Assembly: GCA_040285825.1 (NCBI GenBank)
Contig: JAUPSS010000004.1
Location: forward strand, 1 to 64,000
Length of the DNA stretch: 64,000 bases
Direction: 5' to 3'
From: Eukaryota sp. TZLM1-RC
Lineage: Eukaryota; Protista; Metamonada: BaSk clade
Part shown: positions 52,114-64,000 of the stretch, piece by piece
How the letters are laid out: each line of letters begins with the position of its first letter
Numbering within the stretch: the first letter of the stretch is position 1
Position numbers and translations under genes: made by a program
The notes under the pieces: generated by a model
What the model saw: only the letters and a program-made list of their open reading frames with translations
Databases searched by the model: none
What the model was told of the DNA's origin: nothing

Positions 52114-55100
52114 ATACGATTTACTGAGGCTCATATAAAGTTCCTAGTTTCGTATATTGACCAATGGTTGTTTATTACAATCATTGGTCAAATCTTTAAA
52201 GTCCATTTTGGGACAATTAATATAACAATTGTGGTGTTAAAGTCCGTGCTATGGTCATTTGATTAGTCATTGGCATGATTGGTTGAATGGTCATTGGTAT
52301 GATTAGATGAGTTGCATGTAGTCTTTATGTACTAGATGTGATCAACTTGTGATCAAACTTTGTGTGAAATTGTGTGTGAGTAATGTTGGCTATGTGTTAC
52401 TTGGTCAATACATACTCATGATTGCTTTTTCAATTGATTTTGTATATATTTGAATTAATTGAGTTTATTAATTTTTAAATATTAAATTGTAAAAAAAGTA
52501 AAAAATCAAAAAGTATACAATTGAATGTTGTAAACTAAAAGAACTATTGCTGTAAGTGTAAGAGTATCGTTTTTGATACGATTTACTGGGGCTCATATGA
52601 AGTTCCTAGTTTCGTTTATTGACCAATGGTTGTTTAATAACAATCATTGGTCAAATCTTTAAAGTCCATTTTGGGACAATTAATATAACAATTGTGGTGT
52701 TAAAGTCCGTGCTATGGTCATTTGAGTAGTCATTGGTATGATTAGTTCAATGGTCATTGGTATGATTGGGTGAGTTGCATGTAGTCTTTATGTACTAGAT
52801 GTGATCAACTTGTGATCAAATTTTGTGTGAAATTGTGTGTGAATAATGTTGGCTATGTGTTACTTGATCAGTACAAACTCATGATTACATTTTCAATTGA
52901 TTTTGTATATATTTGAATTAATTGAGTTTATTAATTTTTAAACAATAAATTGTAAAAATAGTAAAAAATCAAAAAGTATACAATTGAATGTTGTAAACTA
53001 ATAAAACCATTGCTGTAAGTGTAAGAGTATCGTTTTTGATACGGTTTACTGAGGCTCATATGAAGTTCCTAGTTTCGTTTATTGACCAATGGGTTGTTTA
53101 TTACAATCATTTATCAAATGTTTAAAGTCCATTTTGGGACAATTAAATATAACAATTGTGGTGTTAAAGACCGTGCTATGGTCATTTGAGTAGTCATTGG
53201 TATGATTAGTTCAATGGTCATTGGTATGATTAGATGAGTTGCATGTAGTCTTTATGTACTAGATGTGATCAACTTGTGATCAAACTTTGTGTGAAATTGT
53301 GTGTGAGTAATGTTGGCTATGTGTTACTTGGTCAATACATACTCATGATTGCTTTTTCAATTGATTTTGTATATATTTGAATTAATTGAGTTTATTAATT
53401 TTTAAATATTAAATTGTAAAAAAAGTAAAAAATCAAAAAGTATACAATTGAATGTTGTAAACTAATAAAACAATTGCTGTAAGTGTAAGAGTATCGTTTT
53501 TGATACGATTTACTGGGGCTCATATGAAGTTCCTAGTTTCGTTTATTGACCAATGGTAGTTTAATAACAATCATTGGTCAAATCTTTAAAGTCCATTTTG
53601 GGACACTTATTATAACAATTGTGGTGTTAAAGTCCGTGCTATGGTCATTTGAGTAGTCATTGGTATGATTAGTTCAATGGTCATTGGTATGATTGGGTGA
53701 GTTGCATGTAGTCTTTATGTACTAGATGTGATCAACTTGTGATCAAATTTTGTGTGAAATTGTGTGTGAATAATGTTGGCTATGTGTTACTTGATCAGTA
53801 CAAACTCATGATTACATTTTCAATTGATTTTGTATAAATTTGAATTAATTGAGTTTATTAATTTTTAAACAATAAATTGTAAAAATAGTAAAAAATCAAA
53901 AAGTATACAATTGAATGTTGTAAACTAATAAAACCATTGCTGTAAGTGTAAGAGTATCGTTTTTGATACGGTTTACTGAGGCTCATATGAAATTCCTAGT
54001 TTCGTATATTGACCAATGGTTGTTAATAACAATCATTGGTCAAATCTTTAAAGTCCATTTTGGGACACTTATTATAACAATTGTGGTGTTAAAGACCGTG
54101 CTATGGTCATTTGAGTAGTCATTGGTATGATTAGTTCAATGGTCATTGGTATGATTAGATGAGTTGCATGTAGTCTTTATGTACTAGATGTGATCAACTT
54201 GTGATCAAACTTTGTGTGAAATTGTGTGTGAGTAATGTTGGCTATGTGTTACTTGGTCAATACATACTCATGATTGCTTTTTCAATTGATTTTGTATATA
54301 TTTGAATTAATTGAGTTTATTAATTTTTAAATATTAAATTGTAAAAAGTAAAAAATCAAAAAGTATACAATTGAATGTTGTAAACTAATAAAACAATTGC
54401 TGTAAGTGTAAGAGTATCGTTTTTGATACGATTTACTGGGGCTCATATGAAGTTCCTAGTTTCGTATATTGACCAATGGTTGTTTATTACAATCATTGGT
54501 CAAATCTTTAAAGTCCATTTTGGGACAATTAATATAACAATTGTGGTGTTAAAGTCCGTGCTATGGTCATTTGAGTAGTCATTGGTATGATTGGTTGAAT
54601 GGTCATTGGTGTGATTAGATGAGTTGCATGTAGTCTTTATGTACTAGATGTGATCAACTTGTGATCAAACTTTGTGTGAAATTGTGTGTGAGTAATGTTG
54701 GCTATGTGTTACTTGATCAGTACAAACTCGTGATTACATTTTCAATTGATTTTGTATATATTTGAATTAATTGAGTTATTAATTTTTAAACATTAAATTG
54801 TAAAAATAGTAAAAAATCAAAAAGTATACAATTGAATGTTGCAAACTAATATAACCATTGCTGTAAGTGTAAGAGTATCGTTTTTGATACGATTTACTGA
54901 GGCTCATATGAAGTTCCTAGTTTCGTATATTGACCAATGGTTGTTTATTACAATCATTGGTCAAATCTTTAAAGTCCATTTTGGGACAATTAATATAACA
55001 ATTGTGGTGTTAAAGTCCGTGCTATGGTCATTTGAGTAGTCATTGGTTTGATTGGTTGAATGGTCATTGGTATGATTAGATGAGTTGCATGTAGTCTTTA

Positions 55101-58100
55101 TGTACTAGATGTGATCAACTTGTGATCAAACTTTGTGTGAAATTGTGTGTGAGTAATGTTGGCTATGTGTTACTTGGTCAATACATACTCATGATTGCTT
55201 TTTCAATTGATTTTGTATATATTTGAATTAATTGAGTTTATTAATTTTTAAATATTAAATTGTAAAAAAAGTAAAAAATCAAAAAGTATACAATTGAATG
55301 TTGTAAACTAATAAAACAATTGCTGTAAGTGTAAGAGTATCGTTTTTGATACGATTTACTGGGGCTCATATGAAGTTCCTAGTTTCGTATATTGACCAAT
55401 GGTAGTTTAATAACAATCATTGGTCAAATCTTTAAAGTCCATTTTGGGACACTTATTATAACAATTGTGGTGTTAAAGTCCGTGCTATGGTCATTTGAGT
55501 AGTCATTGGTATGATTAGTTCAATGGTCATTGGTATGATTGGGTGAGTTGCATTAGTCTTTATGTACTAGATGTGATCAACTTGTGATCAAATTTTGTGT
55601 GAAATTGTGTGTGAATAATGTTGGCTATGTGTTACTTGATCAGTACAAACTCATGATTACATTTTCAATTGATTTTGTATAAATTTGAATTAATTGAGTT
55701 TATTAATTTTTAAACAATAAATTGTAAAAATAGTAAAAAATCAAAAAGTATACAATTGAATGTTGTAAACTAATAAAACCATTGCTGTAAGTGTAAGAGT
55801 TTCGTTTTTGATACGGTTTACTGAGGCTCATATGAAGTTCCTAGTTTCGTATATTGACCAATGGTTGTTAATAACAATCATTGGTCAAATCTTTAAAGTC
55901 CATTTTGGGACACTTATTATAACAATTGTGGTGTTAAAGACCGTGCTATGGTCATTTGAGTAGTCATTGGTATGATTAGTTCAATGGTCATTGGTATGAT
56001 TAGATGAGTTGCATGTAGTCTTTATGTACTAGATGTGATCAACTTGTGATCAAACTTTGTGTGAAATTGTGTGTGAGTAATGTTGGCTATGTGTTACTTG
56101 GTCAATACATACTCATGATTGCTTTTTCAATTGATTTTGTATATATTTGAATTAATTGAGTTTATTAATTTTTAAACAATAAATTGTAAAAATAGTAAAA
56201 AATCAAAAAGTATACAATTGAATGTTGTAAACTAATAAAACCATTGCTGTAAGTGTAAGAGTATCGTTTTTGATACGATTTACTGGGGCTCATATGAAGT
56301 TCCTAGTTTCGTTTATTGACCAATGGTTGTTTAATAACAATCATTGGTCAAATCTTTAAAGTCCATTCTGGGACACTTATTATAACAGTTGTGGTGTTGA
56401 AGTCCGTGCTATGGTCATTTGAGTAGTCATTGGTATGATTAGTTCAATGGTCATTGGTATGATTAGATGAGTTGCATGTAGTCTTTATGTACTAGATGTG
56501 ATCAACTTGTGATCAAACTTTGTGTGAAATTGTGTGTGAGTAATGTTGGCTATGTGTTACTTGGTCAATACATACTCATGATTGCTTTTTCAATTGATTT
56601 TGTATATATTTGAATTAATTGAGTTTATTAATTTTTAAACAATAAATTGTAAAAATAGTAAAAAATCAAAAAGTATACAATTGAATGTTGTAAACTAATA
56701 AAACCATTGCTGTAAGTGTAAGAGTATCGTTTTTGATACGATTTACTGGGGCTCATATGAAGTTCCTAGTTTCGTTTATTGACCAATGGTTGTTTAATAA
56801 CAATCATTGGTCAAATCTTTAAAGTCCATTCTGGGACACTTATTATAACAGTTGTGGTGTTGAAGTCCGTGCTATGGTCATTTGAGTAGTCATTGGTATG
56901 ATTAGTTCAATGGTCATTGGTATGATTAGATGAGTTGCATGTAGTCTTTATGTACTAGATGTGATCAACTTGTGATCAAACTTTGTGTGAAATTGTGTGT
57001 GAGTAATGTTGGCTATGTGTTACTTGGTCAATACATACTCATGATTACATTTTCAATTGATTTTGTATATATTTGAATTAATTGAGTTTATTAATTTTTA
57101 AACAATAAATTGTAAAAATAGTAAAAAATCAAAAAGTATACAATTGAATGTTGTTAACTAATAAAACCATTGCTGTAAGTGTAAGAGTATCATTTTTGAT
57201 ACGGTTTACTGAGGCTCATATGAAGTTCCTAGTTTCGTATATTGACCAATGGTTGTTTAATAACAATCATTGGTCAAATCTTTAAAGTCCATTTTGGGAC
57301 ACTGATTATAACAATTGTGGTGTTAAAGTCCGTGCTATGGTCATTTGAGTAGTCATTGGTATGATTAGTTCAATGGTCATTGGTATGATTAGATGAGTTG
57401 CATGTAGTCTTTATGTACTAGATGTGATCAACTTGTGATCAAACTTTGTGTGAAATTGTGTGTGAGTAATGTTGGCTATGTGTTACTTGGTCAATACATA
57501 CTCATGATTGCTTTTTCAATTGATTTTGTATGTATTTGAATTAATTGAGTTTATTAATTTTTAAATATTAAATTGTAAAAAAAGTAAAAAATCAAAAAGT
57601 ATACAATTGAATGTTGTAAACTAATAGAACTATTGCTGTAAGTGTAAGAGTATCGTTTTTGATACGGTTTATTGAGGCTCATATGAAGTTCCTAGTTTCG
57701 TATATTGACCAATGGTTGTTTAATAACAATCATTGGTCAAATCTTTAAAGTCCATTTTGGGACACTTATTATAACAATTGTGGTGTTAAAGTCCGTGCTA
57801 TGGTCATTTGAGTAGTCATTGGTATGATTAGTTCAATGGTCATTGGTATGATTAGATGAGTTGCATGTAGTCTTTATGTACTAGATGTGATCAACTTGTG
57901 ATCAAACTTTGTGTGAAATTGTGTGTGAGTAATGTTGGCTATGTGTTACTTGGTCAATACATACTCATGATTGCTTTTTCAATTGATTTTGTATATATTT
58001 GAATTAATTGAGTTTATTAATTTTTAAACATTAAATTGTAAAAAAGTAAAAATCAAAAGTATACAATTGAATGTTGTAAACTAATAGAACTATTGCTGTA

Positions 58101-60625
58101 AGTGTAAGAGTATCGTTTTTGATACGGTTTACTGAGGCTCATATGAAGTTCCTAGTTTCGTATATTGACCAATGGTTGTTTAATAACAATCATTGGTCAA
58201 ATCTTTAAAGTCCATTTTGGGACACTTATTATAACAATTGTGGTGTTAAAGTCCGTGCTATGGTCATTTGAGTAGTCATTGGTATGATTAGTTCAATGGT
58301 CATTGGTATGATTAGATGAGTTGCATGTAGTCTTTATGTACTAGATGTGATCAACTTGTGATCAAACTTTGTGTGAAATTGTGTGTGAGTAATGTTGGCT
58401 ATGTGTTACTTGGTCAATACATACTCATGATTGCTTTTTCAATTGATTTTGTATATATTTGAATTAATTGAGTTTATTAATTTTTAAATATTAAATTGTA
58501 AAAAAAGTAAAAAATCAAAAAGTATACAATTGAATGTTGTAAACTAATAGAACTATTGCTGTAAGTGTAAGAGTATCGTTTTTGATACGGTTTACTGAGG
58601 CTCATATGAAGTTCCTAGTTTCGTATATTGACCAATGGTTGTTATAACAATCATTGGTCAAATCTTTAAAGTCCATTTTGGGACACTTATTATAACAATT
58701 GTGGTGTTAAAGTCCGTGCTATGGTCATTTGAGTAGTCATTGGTATGATTAGTTCAATGGTCATTGGTATGATTAGATGAGTTGCATGTAGTCTTTATGT
58801 ACTAGATGTGATCAACTTGTGATCAAACTTTGTGTGAAATTGTGTGTGAGTAATGTTGGCTATGTGTTACTTGGTCAATACATACTCATGATTGCTTTCA
58901 ATTGATTTTGTATATATTTGAATTAATTGAGTTTATTAATTTTTAAATATTAAATTGTAAAAAAGTAAAAATCAAAAGTATACAATTGAATGTTGTAAAC
59001 TAATAGAACTATTGCTGTAAGTGTAAGAGTATCGTTTTTGATACGATTTACTGGGGCTCATATGAAGTTCCTAGTTTCGTTTATTGACCAATGGTTGTTT
59101 AATAACAATCATTGGTCAAATCTTTAAAGTCCATTTTGGGACAATTAATATAACAATTGTGGTGTTAAAGTGACGTGCTATGGTCATTTGAGTAGTCATT
59201 GGTATGATTAGTTCAATGGTCATTTGTATGATTGGGTGAGTTGCATGTAGTCTTTATGTACTAGATGTGATCAACTTGTGATCAAATTTTGTGTGAAATT
59301 GTGTGTGAGTAATGTTGGCTATGTGTTACTTGGTCAATACATACTCATGATTGCATTTTCAATTGATTTTGTATATATTTGAATTAATTGAGTTTATTAA
59401 TTTTTAAATATTAAATTGTAAAAAAAGTAAAAAATCAAAAAGTATACAATTGAATGTTGTAAACTAATAAAACTATTGCTGTCAGTGTAAGAGTATCGTT
59501 TTTGATACGATTTACTGGGGCTCATATGAAGTTCCTAGTTTCGTTTATTGACCAATGGTTGTTTATTACAATCATTGGTCAAATCTTTAAAGTCCATTTT
59601 GGGACAATTATTATAACAATTGTGGTGTTAAAGTCCGTGCTATGATCATTTGAGTAGTCATTGGTATGATTAGTTCAATGGTCATTGGTATGATTAGATG
59701 AGTTGCATGTAGTCTTTATGTACTAGATGTGATCAACTTGTGATCAAACTTTGTGTGAAATTGTGTGTGAGTAATGTTGGCTATGTGTTACTTGGTCAAT
59801 ACATACTCATGATTGCTTTTTCAATTGATTTTGTATATATTTGAATTAATTGAGTTTATTAATTTTTAAATATTAAATTGTAAAAAAAGTAAAAAATCAA
59901 AAAGTATACAATTGAATGTTGTAAACTAATAGAACTATTGCTGTAAGTGTAAGAGTATCGTTTTTGATACGATTTACTGGGGCTCATATGAAGTTCCTAG
60001 TTTCGTTTATTGACCAATGGTTGTTTAATAACAATCATTGGTCAAATCTTTAAAGTCCATTTTGGGACAATTAATATAACAATTGTGGTGTTAAAGTGAC
60101 GTGCTATGGTCATTTGAGTAGTCATTGGTATGATTAGTTCAATGGTCATTTGTATGATTGGGTGAGTTGCATGTAGTCTTTATGTACTAGATGTGATCAA
60201 CTTGTGATCAAATTTTGTGTGAAATTGTGTGTGAGTAATGTTGGCTATGTGTTACTTGGTCAATACATACTCATGATTGCATTTTCAATTGATTTTGTAT
60301 ATATTTGAATTAATTGAGTTTATTAATTTTTAAATATTAAATTGTAAAAAAAGTAAAAAATCAAAAAGTATACAATTGAATGTTGTAAACTAATAAAACT
60401 ATTGCTGTCAGTGTAAGAGTATCGTTTTTGATACGATTTACTGGGGCTCATATGAAGTTCCTAGTTTCGTTTATTGACCAATGGTTGTTTATTACAATCA
60501 TTGGTCAAATCTTTAAAGTCCATTTTGGGACAATTATTATAACAATTGTGGTGTTAAAGTCCGTGCTATGATCATTTGAGTAGTCATTGGTATGATTGGT
60601 TGAATGGTCATTGGTAAGATTAGGT

Positions 60626-61492
60626 CTTTATTGAATTTCTAAAAGAAAAAGAACGGAAAAACTATAAAAGTAAATAAAAAAAACATAAACTACCAAAACC
60701 TACGAGCTTCATGAATTCTTTGAAGAATAGAATTAAATGCTTGATTACATCTAAAACTATTTTTCTGAATTATACAACTAATTTCACTGCAAAGCTCAAT
60801 CCAACCAAAACGTTTAAATGTTTCTTTTTGTTTCTTTAGTTTTCTTGTACCAATCCCCATGGACATTAAAAACTAAAGGAACAATTTCTGAAATTAAATT
60901 GTATTCTTTTAGAATACTGTATTTCCTTATTTTAGTAGCAAATGCTTGAGAGTAAGCATCTTGCCATTTATTTCCAAAACCACCAACTATTGTAATATCA
61001 AACGCAATTTTGGTTTTGGGATCAAATAAATCTAAATAAAATTTTTTTAAACCAATTTCAAATTCCTTTTCCTTTTCATATTTGGAGATATTTAATAAAT
61101 AATCTCTAACTTCATCATGTCTGTTTTTAATGCATCGTGAAACACCTTTACATTGAAAACTATGGTCTAAACCGAGATTTGTGTAACCACATCTGGGACA
61201 CTGATGATAAAAATTATTAAAAATTAATCGAAGATTCAGAAAATAAGACATGAATTCATCAGAAAAAGTGAAATTTGCATTAAAAGGTAATGCATTCAAA
61301 AAACTACCTGAAAGTTCAGAACAATTAGCTTCTAATTGTAATTTTTCCATATCAGACATTGTTTTTTGAAGAGAATTCATTTCATTTTTATAAAATTCCT
61401 TTGTTAATTTTGATTGAGAAATTATTATGTCTTTATCCCAAATAGACTCATATCCTACAAATTGTGGATTTAAAGTAGAATAGATGATTATA
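60626..61492 (-). mobile_element. Family C 5'-truncated RLE retrotransposon (867 bp) at a second site in the repeat
   Basis: 13-bp TSD GGTAAGATTAGGT (60613-60625 / 61493-61505), AATAAAG end, CPRC..H..C..RHD..FDITIVGG; protein paralogous to family B. Confidence 0.9.
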
Positions 61493-61787
61493 GGTAAGAT
61501 TAGGTGAGTTGCATGTAGTCCTTATGCACTAGATGTGATCAACCTGTGATCAAACTTTGTGTGAAATTGTGTGTGAATAATGTTGGCTATGTGTTACTTG
61601 ATCAGTACAAACTCGTGATTACATTTTCAATTGATTTTGTATATATTTGAATTAATTGAGTTTATTAATTTTTAAACAATAAATTGTAAAAATAGTAAAA
61701 AAAAATCAAAAAGTATACAGATGAATGTTGCAAACTAATGAAACCATTGCTGTAAGTGTAAGAGTATCGTTTTTGATACGATTTACT

Positions 61788-62337
61788 TTTATTGAAAATT
61801 AAAAAAAACTACTTGAACACTAAAAAAAATTACCTACCAACATTGACGATCTTCTCTTTTCTTTTGAAGAATATAATTAAAAGCACTGTGACATTTAAAG
61901 CTATTCTTCAAAATGATACAACTAATTTCATCTGCTACCTCATTCCATCCAAATTGGTCAAACAGTATTTTTGTTTTAGTGTAAAAACCTCCATGAACAC
62001 TAAAAACGAGAGGAACAATTTGGTTAATTAAATTTAATTCTTTTAAAATTGAATACTTTGCAATTTTATCAGAATAAGCTTTCGAAAAAGCATCACTCCA
62101 ATTATTACCATAACCTCCAACTATGGTAACATCAAAAGCAATTTTAGTTGACGTTTGAAAGCCATCAACACGTAACTGCTTATTTAAACCGAATTTAAAT
62201 TCCTTTTCAGATTCAAAATTATTTAATTCGTTAATAAAATTATTTACTTCGTCATGTCTTTGTGTAACCATTCTTGAGACTTTTCTACAATGAAACGAGT
62301 GATCTAAGCCAAGGTCTCCATAACCACACAAAGGAAT
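61788..62337 (-). mobile_element. Family B copy (550 bp)
   Basis: TSD 61776-61787 / 62338-62349. Confidence 0.92.
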
Positions 62338-62811
62338 ATACGATTTACTGAGGCTCATATAAAGTTCCTAGTTTCGTATATTGACCAATGGTTGTTTATT
62401 ACAATCATTGGTCAAATCTTTAAAGTCCATTTTGGGACAATTAATATAACAATTGTGGTGTTAAAGTCCGTGCTATGGTCATTTGAGTAGTCATTGGTAT
62501 GATTGGTTGAATGGTCATTGGTATGATTAGGTGAGTTGCATGTAGTCTTTATGTACTAGATGTGATCAACTTGTGATCAAACTTTGTGTGAAATTGGGTG
62601 TGAGTAATGTTGGCTATGTGTTACTTGGTCAATACAAACTCATGATTACATTTTCAATTGATTTTGTATAAATTTGAATTAATTGAGTTATTAATTTTTA
62701 AACATTAAATTGTAAAAATAGTAAAAAAATCAAAAAGTATACAGATGAATGTTGCAAACTAATAAGACCATTGCTGTAAGTGTAAGAGTATTGTTTTTGA
62801 TACGATTTACT

Positions 62812-63360
62812 TTTATTGAAAATTAAAAAAAACTACTTGAACACTAAAAAAAATACCTACCAACATTGACGATCTTCTCTTCTCTTTTGAAGAATATAAT
62901 TAAAAGCACTGTGACATTTAAAGCTATTCTTCAAAATGATACAACTAATTTCATCTGCTACCTCATTCAATCCAAATTGGACAAACAGTATTTTTGTTTT
63001 AGTGTAAAAACCCCCATGAACACTAAAAACGAGAGGAACAATTTGGTGAATTAAATTTAATTCTTTTAAAATTGAATATTTTGCAATTTTATCAGAATAA
63101 GCTTTCGAAAAAGCATCACTCCAATTATTACCATAACCTCCAACTATGGTAAAATCAAAAGCAATTTTAGTTGACGTTTAAAAGCCATCAACACGTAACT
63201 GCCTATTTAAACCAAATTTAAATTCCTTTTCAGATTCAAAATTATTTAATTCGTTAATAAAATTATTTACTTCGTCATGTCTTTGTGTAACCATTCTTGA
63301 GACTTTTCTACATTGAAACAAGTGATCTAAGCCTAGGTCTCCATAACCACACAAAGGAAT
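62812..63360 (-). mobile_element. Family B copy (~550 bp, premature stop)
   Basis: TSD 62800-62811 / 63361-63372. Confidence 0.92.
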
Positions 63361-63835
63361 ATACGATTTACTGAGGCTCATATAAAGTTCCTAGTTTCGT
63401 ATATTGACCAATGGTTGTTTATTACAATCATTGGTCAAATCTTTAAAGTCCATTTTGGGACAATTAATATAACAATTGTGGTGTTAAAGTCCGTGCTATG
63501 GTCATTTGAGTAGTCATTGGTATGATTGGTTGAATGGTCATTGGTATGATTAGGTGAGTTGCATGTAGTCTTTATGTACTAGATGTGATCAACTTGTGAT
63601 CAAACTTTGTGTGAAATTGGGTGTGAGTAATGTTGGCTATGTGTTACTTGGTCAATACAAACTCATGATTACATTTTCAATTGATTTTGTATAAATTTGA
63701 ATTAATTGAGTTTATTAATTTTTAAACATTAAATTGTAAAAATAGTAAAAAAATCAAAAAGTATACAGATGAATGTTGCAAACTAATAAGACCATTGCTG
63801 TAAGTGTAAGAGTATCGTTTTTGATACGATTTACT

Positions 63836-64000
63836 TTTATTGAAAATTAAAAAAAAACTACTTGAACACTAAAAAAAATTACCTACCAACATTGACGATC
63901 TTCTCTTTTCTTTTGAAGAATATAATTAAAAGCACTGTGACATTTAAAGCTATTCTTCAAAATGATACAACTAATTTCATCTGCTACCTCATTCCATCCA
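63836..64000 (-). mobile_element. Family B copy, 3' end only (cut by the window edge)
   Basis: Same 3' junction ATACGATTTACT|TTTATTG and same 3' UTR. Confidence 0.9.

Larger units (their letters stand above)
40483..64000 (+). repeat. 460-bp repeat array in inverted orientation (roughly 39 units) with 8 family-B insertions and 1 family-C insertion
   Basis: Reverse complement of the left arrays, with variant sub-blocks; runs off the window end. Confidence 0.96.

Overview
Eukaryotic (probably microbial-eukaryote; 27-31 nt introns) rDNA locus, transcribed on the minus strand (18S 18421-20202, 5.8S, 28S ~6550-10796). It sits in long arrays of a ~460-bp tandem repeat (1-6620, ~26990-32308, and inverted 40483-64000). 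The repeat is not an anonymous satellite: each unit carries the last ~70 nt of the 28S rRNA plus the downstream 3'-ETS hairpin. Four related but distinct non-LTR retrotransposon families of the CRE-like, restriction-like-endonuclease type occupy four different sites. (A) 28S peptidyl-transferase helix 93, 14-bp TSD. (B) The 28S 3'-end motif inside the 460-bp repeat, 12-bp TSD, 10 copies, at least 3 independent insertions. (C) A second site in the repeat, 13-bp TSD. (D) A near-full-length 5.5-kb element whose 3' end is joined to 18S and whose 5' end is joined to 28S. D is flanked by a 1.66-kb rDNA direct duplication that leaves an uninterrupted 18S upstream and a full-span 28S downstream. D also has an N-terminal degenerate RNase H-like domain and a highly structured, pseudoknotted 5' leader. 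Also present: an internally deleted Ty3/gypsy chromovirus with 92-bp LTRs inserted in ~1.15-kb IGS repeats. An 8-kb island between the divergent arrays holds PCF11, an Enhancer-of-polycomb-like gene, a MULE transposase pseudogene and a Fanzor/TnpB-like fragment. All assignments are by eye from motifs; no database searches were run.
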